Source: an uncultured bacterium
Lineage (GTDB): Bacteria > Auribacterota > JACPWU01
Length of the DNA: 32,000 nt
Assembly: GCA_964640155.1 (NCBI GenBank)
Contig: CAZXEQ010000002.1
Location: 30,001-62,000 of the forward strand
Reading direction: 5' to 3'
Shown: positions 8,511-16,596 of the stretch, one piece after another
Position numbering within the stretch: position 1 is the stretch's first letter
How the letters are laid out: every line of letters begins with the position of its first letter
Position numbers and translations under genes: made by a program
Notes under the pieces: model-generated
What the model saw: the letters and a program-made list of their open reading frames with translations, nothing else
What the model was told of the DNA's origin: nothing
The model's database searches: none

Positions 8511-9672
8511 GAGAAGTGAGTTCCTGTTTTAGACCATCATATAACCCATTCAGAGTTTTACAAAAAACCTCATAACTGTATTTACTTTCGACCAATTGCT
8601 TCCCTGCTTTTCCTATTGTGTCTCTCAATTGAGAATCTTTCATAAGACAAAGAAGCCCTTCCCCAAAAGCCTCAGCAGACGGTTGAGCTAGAATAGCCGT
8701 GGAAGAATCTAAGACCTGAGTATGGGTTTGAAGATTTGTAGCAACAATTGCCTTACCGCTGGCAAGATAAGAATAAAGTTTCATGGGAGTGTTACTACCC
8801 TGAATGCGCGGGGAAGCCAGAATATCTGCTTGTGCAAGATAGGCCCCTAGCAACTCAACAGGTTTTTTGCCAATAAAATGAACTTTATCCTGAATTTTCA
8901 AATGTATTGATTTTCGGCGATACTTATCAATATCGGTTGCTTCACCCCCAATAATGACAAGATCTGTATCTTGCCGCTCTTTTAATACATAAGAAAAACT
9001 TTCCAGAAGAAGATCCATCCCTTGATAAAATTCAAGATTCCCCACATACATGATCATCCATTGACTGATTTTATGTTCACCTCTTATCAAAATGGGGCTG
9101 AGGTCCTTAACTTCTTTAAGAAGAGGCACATCTTGTAAAACAACTATTTTCTTAGGGTGATATTTTAAAATTCCTACTGATAAAGCTTCACAAACGACAG
9201 CAACAACTTTGGCGTTTCGAACTAAAAGACTTTCAAAAAAATTCATTATTTTTTTCAGCATTCGAAGCATGGGATAACGTTCAATCAATTGTTGAGGCAA
9301 TGAAGAGTCCACGTCATACACATAAGGAATTCTAAAAATCCACTTTAGTATTAAAGCCATGAAAGCCGCCTCTTCAACTGCATGAATCACATCATATTTT
9401 TTCTGGATTACCATTCGAACGGCTTTTAAAAACATAAAAAAATCGCAAAGAACTTTCTTATACGAATACCCGGGACGAATACCTCTCACTCCTGGGATAG
9501 AGATGATTCGATGAATTTGAACATGCTCATGCTGGACATCTCGCCCTTCATGATAAGTCAAAAGATCCACTTCATCTCCACGCTCGGAAAACACTTTTAA
9601 AAGCAAATTAACTGCAATGGGAGTCCCTCGATCTTGGAAAAAGGGTTGAGGGGCTAAAAGGAGAATTTTCAT
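8500..9672 (-). CDS. GT4-family (GT-B fold) glycosyltransferase
   Basis: The family-typical N-terminus MKILLLAPQPFFQDRGTPIAVN starts at ATG 9672-9670, which overlaps the TGA 9671-9669 of the upstream gene (ATGA) and follows AGGA by 9 nt. The C-terminal Glycos_transf_1-like region reads IGGEATD...FIGKKP...ILASPR..NTPMKLYSYLASGKAIVAT. The track ORF runs to 9747, but those 25 extra codons lie inside the upstream methyltransferase. Confidence 0.8.
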   Translation of the reverse strand: MKILLLAPQPFFQDRGTPIAVNLLLKVFSERGDEVDLLTYHEGRDVQHEHVQIHRIISIPGVRGIRPGYSYKKVLCDFFMFLKAVRMVIQKKYDVIHAVEEAAFMALILKWIFRIPYVYDVDSSLPQQLIERYPMLRMLKKIMNFFESLLVRNAKVVAVVCEALSVGILKYHPKKIVVLQDVPLLKEVKDLSPILIRGEHKISQWMIMYVGNLEFYQGMDLLLESFSYVLKERQDTDLVIIGGEATDIDKYRRKSIHLKIQDKVHFIGKKPVELLGAYLAQADILASPRIQGSNTPMKLYSYLASGKAIVATNLQTHTQVLDSSTAILAQPSAEAFGEGLLCLMKDSQLRDTIGKAGKQLVESKYSYEVFCKTLNGLYDGLKQELTSHEA

Positions 9673-10406
9673 GATTTTTGTCCTCGAACAAATTTTAAAA
9701 TAACAGGAGAACCTAATAAAGCAGTCAAACCTAAAAGTCTTGCGCATCTTTCTAAAAAATGAGACAAGCCAGGAAGCTTTAAAACTCGATGAAGCACCAT
9801 AGGAAAGAAAAACTCAGGGAATCGAGACTTCAGAGAAAAACCCTGTGACTCAAAAATTTTTCGCAATTGTTGCTTTTTAAAACAGGTGTAGACACGCGTA
9901 TTCCCCTCTAAGTGCTTTTTAAATTTAAAAAGTAGTGGGGTCACAGAATTAATACTTTGCATCTCAGGATAATCAAAAATCACACATTTTTTAGAAACAC
10001 GACATAACTCTTGAATGAGTTTCTCCCATTGAACCACATGAGGAAGAAGACGAAAGCTCATAACAACATCGAAAGTTTGATCGGGGAAAGGCAAATTTAA
10101 CACATTTCCAACTTCAAATAAGCAATCTCCCTTATCTAAAAACCTTTGAATTCTTGTTTTGCAAATATCTGCACTTCCCAGAACAGTCACTTTAAATCCC
10201 TCTTGAACAAGAGCCTCTGTCATCTGTCCATGACCGCCCCCAACATCTAAAATACTGGCGTGGGAATAGGAAGAAAGCATTTTCAAGGTTGCTTGTTCTT
10301 GAATCTTTAAAAACCAATCTCCCACAGCACCTGAAAAACGATGTGCATAATCTTCAGAGGAAGTTTCAATATCTGCTGTTTCTGGGAAATTATTTTCGTA
10401 ACTCAT
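9669..10406 (-). CDS. Class I SAM-dependent methyltransferase
   Basis: 245 aa. Motif I is ILDVGGGHGQMTEAL, followed by VTVLGS and FDVVMSFRLLPHV. ATG 10406-10404 overlaps the TGA 10405-10403 of the upstream gene (ATGA). Confidence 0.8.
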   Translation of the reverse strand: MSYENNFPETADIETSSEDYAHRFSGAVGDWFLKIQEQATLKMLSSYSHASILDVGGGHGQMTEALVQEGFKVTVLGSADICKTRIQRFLDKGDCLFEVGNVLNLPFPDQTFDVVMSFRLLPHVVQWEKLIQELCRVSKKCVIFDYPEMQSINSVTPLLFKFKKHLEGNTRVYTCFKKQQLRKIFESQGFSLKSRFPEFFFPMVLHRVLKLPGLSHFLERCARLLGLTALLGSPVILKFVRGQKS

Positions 10407-13400
10407 TTCTCTACTTCAATCCTATCGATACAACAATCGACCCCCTCCTCAAATCGAACAGGAAATTCCAAATCTGCATCTTGATCTAAAGTAAATTCAA
10501 GCCGAAAAGGCTGATAGTTCTGTGTTTCTGTAAAATCTTTCAATCGAAGCGTTTTTTGAGCAATGATTTTTTGCCCATAATTTGTAGTCACAAGAAGAGA
10601 AACAACAGAAGAGTTGACATGTTTTTTTAATGTTAGATCAGAAACTTTTATCCAGAATGTTGCTTTATAATTTCCCTTTGAAAAGGGCGTGTAGGGACCA
10701 AAAAGAACATCTCTGCGGGGACTTCCCTGATTCACTTTAACCACTTTCCCTCCAGAAGCCTGCGCATCTGCTACAACAGCAGCTTGGCAATAAAGATCTT
10801 CTGCTTCCAAAAGCCAAGGATTTTTTGAAATATTTAAAAACCCAATGGATATTCGATCTAAGCTAATCTTGCCTACTCCCCCATAAACGACCTTGGGCTC
10901 AATCTCTGCATAATCAGACACTTCAAAGGGGACGATAAAATCTTTAAAGCTTTCTTTTTGAAACTCACTGGAATCAAAGTCTTTTGCCACAACTAAATAA
11001 TGAGGCTCTTTATTCCATAGTTCAAATCTCAAAACGCCTTTACTCTCTGCTAAAAATTCTCCCTTCAAGCGAAATAAAGCCTGATAATGCCCGCTAGGAT
11101 ACCCTCTCGCTTTTTGAGATAAAAGCCATTCTCCTATCCCTGCTTCAGCATCTACAGTCACAACTTTGCCATTCGATGCATTCTCCAATAGTTCTTCGTA
11201 TCCTTTTTTTCTTTTTAAGCTTTCTCCTTGCGTTAAACTAAAAACAGGGCTGATGATTTTAGAAGATCCTTTCAACAAATCAGGCTCTTCTAACACTTCA
11301 AAAAGAAAAAGACTTCCCTCCTGCTTTATAAACTTTAAGAATCCATTATCTTTAAGTCTAGAGATTGTAAAATGAGCGGGGAAAGGGCTTACTTTCCCTG
11401 GAAATGCCTCTTCATGAAAAACGACAAATTTTACTTCAAACTCCCTTAACAGTTTCCATATCTTTTCATTCACCTCTCCTGTGTTCATAGCAGATAATGG
11501 ATAAAACACCTTTTTGACGTAATCCCATGAAATAGCTGGCCTGTATCCATTGATCATAGGCAACCGATGACGTGTTGCATAATATTGATAAATAGAAGAC
11601 CACGAACTTTCCCCAGGCCAAATAGGAAGAGCTAAAACTCTTTTATGGTTTAAGTTTTTTTGAACATGTTCATAAACAGAGTGGCCACTGGGCATCAAAC
11701 TAATACCAAGAGATTTTGCAGGAAGATAATCGATGCAAATGCCTATCATAAGAAAAATGGCGATCCACATCGATTTTTTTTTAAGCAAAGAAAAACATGC
11801 TTTTGCACCAAAAGCAGCTAAAAGAGATAAAAACAAAAAAGATAAATAGAGAATGCGTGTTGGGACACGAATATAATTAAAATGAGGAACGTTCTGATAG
11901 AAAAAATTATACAGGGGAAATATGTGATCCAATCTAGGTCCAAATGAAAGATAATAGGTTAGAAGAAATAATCCTGCTGAAATTCCAAAAATAACCTTTT
12001 CCTTCAGTGAAAAACTTTTCCTTAAAAACTTATACATTAAAAATCCTGCTAATGCTAAAAGAACAGAAAAAATACCAGGATAAACAAAAAACTCACCATT
12101 CTCATGGAAACGCTTAAAAATATCTGTCATCGATGGGGAATAAAGTTTGATAATCCCTACAGATCTCCCACCAGAAACCACAGAAGAATCTAATTTTGTT
12201 ATTTTTTCAAACATAAGCCACCCCACAAGCGTCGTAGCTGGAATGACAAAAGCAATAAACACTTTGACCAGGTTTTTTTTAAACTCAAGAGTGATTCCTG
12301 AATTAGAAAAGATGCTCTTTTGATGCTTCATCATAAAATAGACTTTCAAACCTAAGCACATTCCAAAGACGATCATCATTAAGTGAGATCCTAATCCTTC
12401 CATTTCATAAAAAAACTGAATGGGATAGATCAAAAAAAGAATAAAAGGGAGAAAACTTATTGCATCATTTTTTAAAGATTTTTCTATATTCTGCCCACTT
12501 AATTTAGAGAAAAGCCAACTGTAGAAAATCCAACACCCTCCTATCAAAACCATTCCGAGAGGAATCAGACTCCAAGCCCACATAGAAGAAGAGCGACGAA
12601 ACATCCATAAACTTAAGAATAAACCAAAAATGAAACTTAAAACTCCTATCCCCCATGTCCATCGAGACGACCTGAATTGTTTTAACTCATTTTTATCCTT
12701 TTGAGAAATCTCCCAATCAACAGTAGATGAAGAAACGCGATGTAATCTAAAAAGAGGAAGAATTAAAAATATTCCTAAAAATACGGGCAAATAAAAAGCC
12801 ACATGAAATTCATCCATGCCTAGACCCAGAAAAATGAGGCCCGAGATAAACCCTAAAAACCAATTTTCTTTTTGTAGTGCTCGAGCATAAATATAAATAA
12901 TCCAAGGGATAAAGAAATGTGTAAAACCTCCTGGATGACCTCCTAATAAATGCACAACTCGATAAGGATAAAGCGCATAAATAGTCGCAGCAATCAGAGC
13001 TGCCCATCCTACCCTAGTCCACAGATAGGCTAATCGATACATTCCCAATCCAGCCAAAGGAAATGTTAATAGAACTAATAAGTTATAACCCCCCTGATCC
13101 CCCAAAAGAAGCGCAAAAGCGGAGAAAAAAAATGCTAAGGGAATATATTGGTTATTAAAATGCTCCTGTAAGCCATATTTGGGAACATTGAGCTGATAGG
13201 GATCTTTAAAAAAAGGCGTATGCCCCTGAAGAGCATCCTTAAAAAGCCACATATAGTAAAAAAGTTGAATATAATCACCCTGTTCTAAAGTGACAACGGG
13301 CTTATTTTCAGCAGAAGCATGCGTGTAAGGAAGCCCTCGATCAAAATACCGAATCAAGGGAAAGGTATAAAGAACTCCAAGAATAAGAAAATAGAGAAGA

Positions 13401-13429
13401 AGGCCAGATGTAATAATCAATTTTTTCAT
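10403..13429 (-). CDS. Large polytopic membrane protein, YfhO/GT-C-like, with two tandem C-terminal beta-sandwich (CBM-like) modules
   Basis: 1008 aa with ATG at 13429. Residues 1 to ~590 are rich in hydrophobic helices (more than 10), with an early acidic loop (LEQGDYIQLFYYMW). The soluble middle region is paralogous to the 683-aa protein at 19423..21474. The last ~280 aa form two related ~140-aa modules carrying AS(N/G)GKVV.V, G.Y.A.F..K and D(R)I motifs. The second opens with LLEAEDLY..ADAQASGGKVVKV, which is reminiscent of CBM6/35-type modules. Confidence 0.6.
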   Translation of the reverse strand: MKKLIITSGLLLYFLILGVLYTFPLIRYFDRGLPYTHASAENKPVVTLEQGDYIQLFYYMWLFKDALQGHTPFFKDPYQLNVPKYGLQEHFNNQYIPLAFFFSAFALLLGDQGGYNLLVLLTFPLAGLGMYRLAYLWTRVGWAALIAATIYALYPYRVVHLLGGHPGGFTHFFIPWIIYIYARALQKENWFLGFISGLIFLGLGMDEFHVAFYLPVFLGIFLILPLFRLHRVSSSTVDWEISQKDKNELKQFRSSRWTWGIGVLSFIFGLFLSLWMFRRSSSMWAWSLIPLGMVLIGGCWIFYSWLFSKLSGQNIEKSLKNDAISFLPFILFLIYPIQFFYEMEGLGSHLMMIVFGMCLGLKVYFMMKHQKSIFSNSGITLEFKKNLVKVFIAFVIPATTLVGWLMFEKITKLDSSVVSGGRSVGIIKLYSPSMTDIFKRFHENGEFFVYPGIFSVLLALAGFLMYKFLRKSFSLKEKVIFGISAGLFLLTYYLSFGPRLDHIFPLYNFFYQNVPHFNYIRVPTRILYLSFLFLSLLAAFGAKACFSLLKKKSMWIAIFLMIGICIDYLPAKSLGISLMPSGHSVYEHVQKNLNHKRVLALPIWPGESSWSSIYQYYATRHRLPMINGYRPAISWDYVKKVFYPLSAMNTGEVNEKIWKLLREFEVKFVVFHEEAFPGKVSPFPAHFTISRLKDNGFLKFIKQEGSLFLFEVLEEPDLLKGSSKIISPVFSLTQGESLKRKKGYEELLENASNGKVVTVDAEAGIGEWLLSQKARGYPSGHYQALFRLKGEFLAESKGVLRFELWNKEPHYLVVAKDFDSSEFQKESFKDFIVPFEVSDYAEIEPKVVYGGVGKISLDRISIGFLNISKNPWLLEAEDLYCQAAVVADAQASGGKVVKVNQGSPRRDVLFGPYTPFSKGNYKATFWIKVSDLTLKKHVNSSVVSLLVTTNYGQKIIAQKTLRLKDFTETQNYQPFRLEFTLDQDADLEFPVRFEEGVDCCIDRIEVEK

Positions 13430-13475
13430 AGGAAAGTTTCATTCACTAACAAGTCCGTGGTTTACTAGGCCATTC

Positions 13476-13504
13476 ATTATAATGTAAGCCAGTACTATTG
13501 AGAA
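13476..13504 (-). promoter_or_regulatory. Candidate sigma70-type promoter for the 1008-aa gene
   Basis: On the minus strand there is TTCTCA (13504-13499), a 17-nt spacer, then a perfect TATAAT (13481-13476), about 45 nt upstream of the ATG at 13429. It lies in a 190-bp spacer. Hexamers like these arise easily in AT-rich spacer DNA, so this is tentative. Confidence 0.3.
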
Positions 13505-13619
13505 ACAACGGTCCTGCAGTGTATCCTGCCATTGCAACTTGTTCAAGCCTTTTCGAGTGGGAGGTATTTTTATATTAAAGTAATGATCAGATTATTAGAT
13601 AAGATCAAAGTCCTATTCA

Positions 13620-15623
13620 TTAGCCGTTGCTATAGAGCTCAATCTCACTCACATTCCAATGAGACGGAGCAGGATCTTCTATTTCAATCCTAAATCCGTC
13701 TGCTTCGATAGAAGGAAATCGAATCGTTTGAAGATGATCCCCATATACAGGATGGCCATTTTTGAAGATAAACGGATCCAACTTAAAAGAAACGTGGGAG
13801 ACAACCTCTTGCCATTCCTTCTGGGTATGAGCGAAAACATTGATAGAGGTAGCCCAGTGATGTCTATCCCCATTATAAAAAAAAGAAATTCGATTTATAG
13901 ATCTGTTCTTTTGAAGCATTCCTTGTATCCACATCCCTTTCTTTTGAGGTTCATAACTTCCCCAGGAAGTAAAATAGTCCCCATCGTTTAATCTTTTTAA
14001 AGAGGCTTTGTTAGAACTAGCGGACAAAACAATCTCTTCTTCTAGCATTAATTGATCTTGCAAAGACATTTCGTGTTTAAAGTTAAAATAAATTTCAAAA
14101 TCTCCACAAATTTCCTTTTCATAGGAAACCCCCATCGTTGAAAGATCTTGTTCAAAATCTTGAATTGTTTCAAAACGCATATTTCCAGAGAGGCATAAGA
14201 TATAGGCTACATTCCTTGCACAATCCACAGAGTCTTTATAAAGCAGTGGCCAGCCTAAAAATCTTCGATTAAAAGGTTCGCTACAAATAATCCTCTCATC
14301 CGTTTCATAAGGGATTCGGTTGGCCACCCAAAAACCTGCATAGCAATAGCGAATTTGATGATCATCAAGAAAATGAATCACAGGTTGAAGATTAAATATG
14401 GCCGCATGCTTCTTTGCAAAATCAGGTTGCTTCCAATGATGTATGATTTGAATTGAAGCCGATAAATTAAAGACTGAAAGAAAACAAGCAAAAGCACCTA
14501 TTATATATTTTAGAGGGCTTGGACACTTTGCATATAAATCACTTAAGATAAAAGGGAAACAAACCACCATTGGGAGAAGATACCTGTACGATGAATGCTG
14601 AGAACGTATATCCAATATGAAGAAAATCTGACACAACCAAGATGCTGCAACAAAAACATCATTGATTTCAAGAGTAGGCCACTTTAATCTTATAAATCTT
14701 CTAGAAAAAAGAATCATTCCGAGAACACTAGCCCAAACTAAAATCAATAAATAAACTCCCATAAATATTTTAATAAACATGTTTGGGAGAAAATCTAACA
14801 CTCGTCCGATGTCTGGGAAAATAGGAGGAGTTAACCCCATCACACCTGGGAGCGTGCTTTCCATCATCGAAAGCCACATGGGAAAAGCTTCATGCCAATG
14901 TCGGGTCCCCATAATGCTCTGATAAGCGCCGGGGTCCATGGTGAAGGCCAATCCATACGGTATTAACCCTATGATGCCCCCAATGGTGTAAAAGCTTGTT
15001 CTCTTTAAAACACTCTGCCAATCCCATCCCAAACAAATCCATATTCCAACAGGCATCACTATACATAAAGAAAGCATATGACTGCTAAAGCTAAGCCCTC
15101 CTATCAAGCCCGCCAGAGCAACCCAGAAAAGATTTCTCTTTGTAACACTTATCCATCCCAAAAGAAGATTGATGCTTAAAAATAAACATAATGAACTATA
15201 CCCGGGCAAAGCATATCCTGATTGTAAGATAAGCCAATAACTTGACGGAAATAACAAAAGCAACATTGCAGGCCAACCTTTTTTAATGAGCCCCTGACGG
15301 GAAAGAAGAATCAAAAAAACAAAAAGGGTTATTAAGCCCAATAAAAAGGCCATGTATCTTGCGCCCAAAGCATTTCGAGGGAGGGTATTCACCAAAGGGG
15401 CCAGTAGGTAAGATTCGATCGGGAACAAATAAGGTTGACCTGGAAATAAAACAGGAAGTTCTGAATGATTTAAAATTTTTTTTGCCTGTAAAACAGCAGA
15501 TGCTTCATCCACAGAAGCTGGAACCCTAGAAATACTAATCACAAAAAGCGTACATCTTAAAATAAGAGCAGCTATTAAAATAAAAAGAATAACAAATCGA
15601 TTTAAAAACTTCATTTTAATCAA
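13620..15623 (-). CDS. GT-C glycosyltransferase (ArnT/PMT, GT39/83-like) fused to a C-terminal F5/8 type C (discoidin) domain
   Basis: 667 aa. The start is TTG 15623 (GGAG 8 nt upstream) or ATG 15614. The polytopic N-terminal ~400 aa carry an acidic first-loop motif (SRVPASVDEASAVLQAKKIL) like ArnT/PMT enzymes. The C-terminal ~125 aa match the discoidin pattern: LNDGDYFTSWGS...MWIQGML..RSINRISFFY......FRIEIEDPAPSHWNVSEIELY. Confidence 0.65.
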   Translation of the reverse strand: MIKMKFLNRFVILFILIAALILRCTLFVISISRVPASVDEASAVLQAKKILNHSELPVLFPGQPYLFPIESYLLAPLVNTLPRNALGARYMAFLLGLITLFVFLILLSRQGLIKKGWPAMLLLLFPSSYWLILQSGYALPGYSSLCLFLSINLLLGWISVTKRNLFWVALAGLIGGLSFSSHMLSLCIVMPVGIWICLGWDWQSVLKRTSFYTIGGIIGLIPYGLAFTMDPGAYQSIMGTRHWHEAFPMWLSMMESTLPGVMGLTPPIFPDIGRVLDFLPNMFIKIFMGVYLLILVWASVLGMILFSRRFIRLKWPTLEINDVFVAASWLCQIFFILDIRSQHSSYRYLLPMVVCFPFILSDLYAKCPSPLKYIIGAFACFLSVFNLSASIQIIHHWKQPDFAKKHAAIFNLQPVIHFLDDHQIRYCYAGFWVANRIPYETDERIICSEPFNRRFLGWPLLYKDSVDCARNVAYILCLSGNMRFETIQDFEQDLSTMGVSYEKEICGDFEIYFNFKHEMSLQDQLMLEEEIVLSASSNKASLKRLNDGDYFTSWGSYEPQKKGMWIQGMLQKNRSINRISFFYNGDRHHWATSINVFAHTQKEWQEVVSHVSFKLDPFIFKNGHPVYGDHLQTIRFPSIEADGFRIEIEDPAPSHWNVSEIELYSNG

Positions 15624-15717
15624 AAGAGAAACTCCTTCTTTTTAAGCCTTAAACACACAGAGTCGATAGGAGTGTAACAAAATAGAAAATAAAAATAAGA
15701 AGGGGGATTTCCATCAA

Positions 15718-15744
15718 AATGAATAGGGATTTTCCCGATTCATT
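15718..15744 (-). terminator. Hairpin downstream of the GT2 gene (possible weak intrinsic terminator or operator)
   Basis: On the minus strand the sequence is AATGAAT-C-GGGA-AAA-TCCC-T-ATTCATT. That gives 7+4 bp with one C/T mismatch, followed by TTGATGG. The stem is A/T-rich and the U-tract is poor. Confidence 0.2.
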
Positions 15745-15829
15745 AAGAGGAATGCAAGAATTGACACCATCTCTTAAGAAGAACTCTAAACAGAGCAAAA
15801 ATATTTCTTTATCTTTAATAAATCATTTA

Positions 15830-16513
15830 CTACTCCACAAAACGATATTTTAAAAGTGTCCAGAGAGCTGAAAATCCGTCTCGCCAAGTAATTTTTTTGC
15901 CTTCGTCATACTCACGCCCTGCATAAGAGATAGGGACCTCAAAAATCCTAACCTTTCTTTTCAAAAGCTTCGCAGTTACTTCAGGCTCAAACTCAAAACG
16001 TCTCGATTTTAAAGGAATTTCTTTTAAAATTTCTGTTTTCACAAGTTTGTAACAAGTCTCCATGTCTGAGATCGTAGTATTATAAAGAAGATCTGTTGCC
16101 AGACTCAAAAATTTATTCCCCAACAAATGCCAAAAAAGCATATTTTTATGAACCCCTTTAAAACGTGTCCCATAAACAGCTTTGGCCCCAAATTTCTGAA
16201 CTGGTTCTAAAATCTTATGATAATCTTCAGGATCATATTCTAAATCTGCATCCTGAATAATGACATAATCCCCTGTAGCCTTGGTCAAAGCAGTTCGAAC
16301 TGCAGAACCCTTTCCCATATTTTTTTGATGATGAAGAATCGTCAATTGAGGATATTCTTTTTGAAGTTCTTGCAAAATCTTAGGAGTCGTGTCTGTCGAA
16401 GCATCATTGACAATAATGATTTCTTTATCCAAAGATACCTTTAAAACACGGTTTACGATCTCTTTTAAAGTAGGTTCTTCATTAAAAACAGGAATCAAAA
16501 CAGAAAGCTTCAA
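15830..16513 (-). CDS. GT2 glycosyltransferase of the polyprenyl-phosphate sugar synthase type (DPM1/GtrB/ArnC-like)
   Basis: The family-typical N-terminus (L)KLSVLIPVFNEEPTL starts at TTG 16513-16511, 5 nt after GGAGG. Other motifs are IIVNDASTDTT, GKGSAVRTAL and the DxD motif IIQDADLEYDPEDY. The protein is short and soluble (~227 aa), as in Pol-P-sugar synthases. The track ORF starts at GTG 16576, which adds 21 non-conserved residues. Confidence 0.8.
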   Translation of the reverse strand: MKLSVLIPVFNEEPTLKEIVNRVLKVSLDKEIIIVNDASTDTTPKILQELQKEYPQLTILHHQKNMGKGSAVRTALTKATGDYVIIQDADLEYDPEDYHKILEPVQKFGAKAVYGTRFKGVHKNMLFWHLLGNKFLSLATDLLYNTTISDMETCYKLVKTEILKEIPLKSRRFEFEPEVTAKLLKRKVRIFEVPISYAGREYDEGKKITWRDGFSALWTLLKYRFVE

Positions 16514-16596
16514 GAACACCTCCACTATAACTTTTAAAACATATAAGTCGAATACGTTCCCATTTAGAGAATGCACATCATATCAAGCATTGACTA

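Noticed and set aside
9673-9747. 25-codon N-terminal extension of the GT4 ORF (MRKTFRFDCFIRFSCYFKICSRTKI...)
   Set aside because: It lies inside the 3' end of the upstream methyltransferase. The family-typical N-terminus MKILLLAP starts at ATG 9672, with an ATGA overlap and an AGGA ribosome-binding site.
13581-13597. Imperfect inverted repeat TAATGATC-A-GATTATTA just downstream of the 667-aa gene, considered as a terminator
   Set aside because: It is an A/T-only stem with a mismatch and effectively no loop, and no U-tract follows. It is not a credible hairpin.
15649-15714. 21-codon hydrophobic sORF (MEIPLLIFIFYFVTLLSTLCV) in the spacer upstream of the 667-aa GT-C gene. An 18-codon sORF (MVSILAFLLMNRENPYSF) also lies just upstream of it (higher coordinates) in the same spacer.
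   Set aside because: Neither has a Shine-Dalgarno. T-rich spacer DNA yields Phe/Leu/Ile-rich reading frames by chance, and conservation cannot be assessed here. They are worth a glance only if Ribo-seq data exist.
16514-16576. GTG start at 16576 for the Pol-P GT2 (track ORF MHSLNGNVFDLYVLKVIVEVF...)
   Set aside because: The extra 21 residues precede the conserved KLSVLIPVFNE N-terminus and have no Shine-Dalgarno. TTG 16513 sits 5 nt after GGAGG. The GTG start remains a possible alternative.
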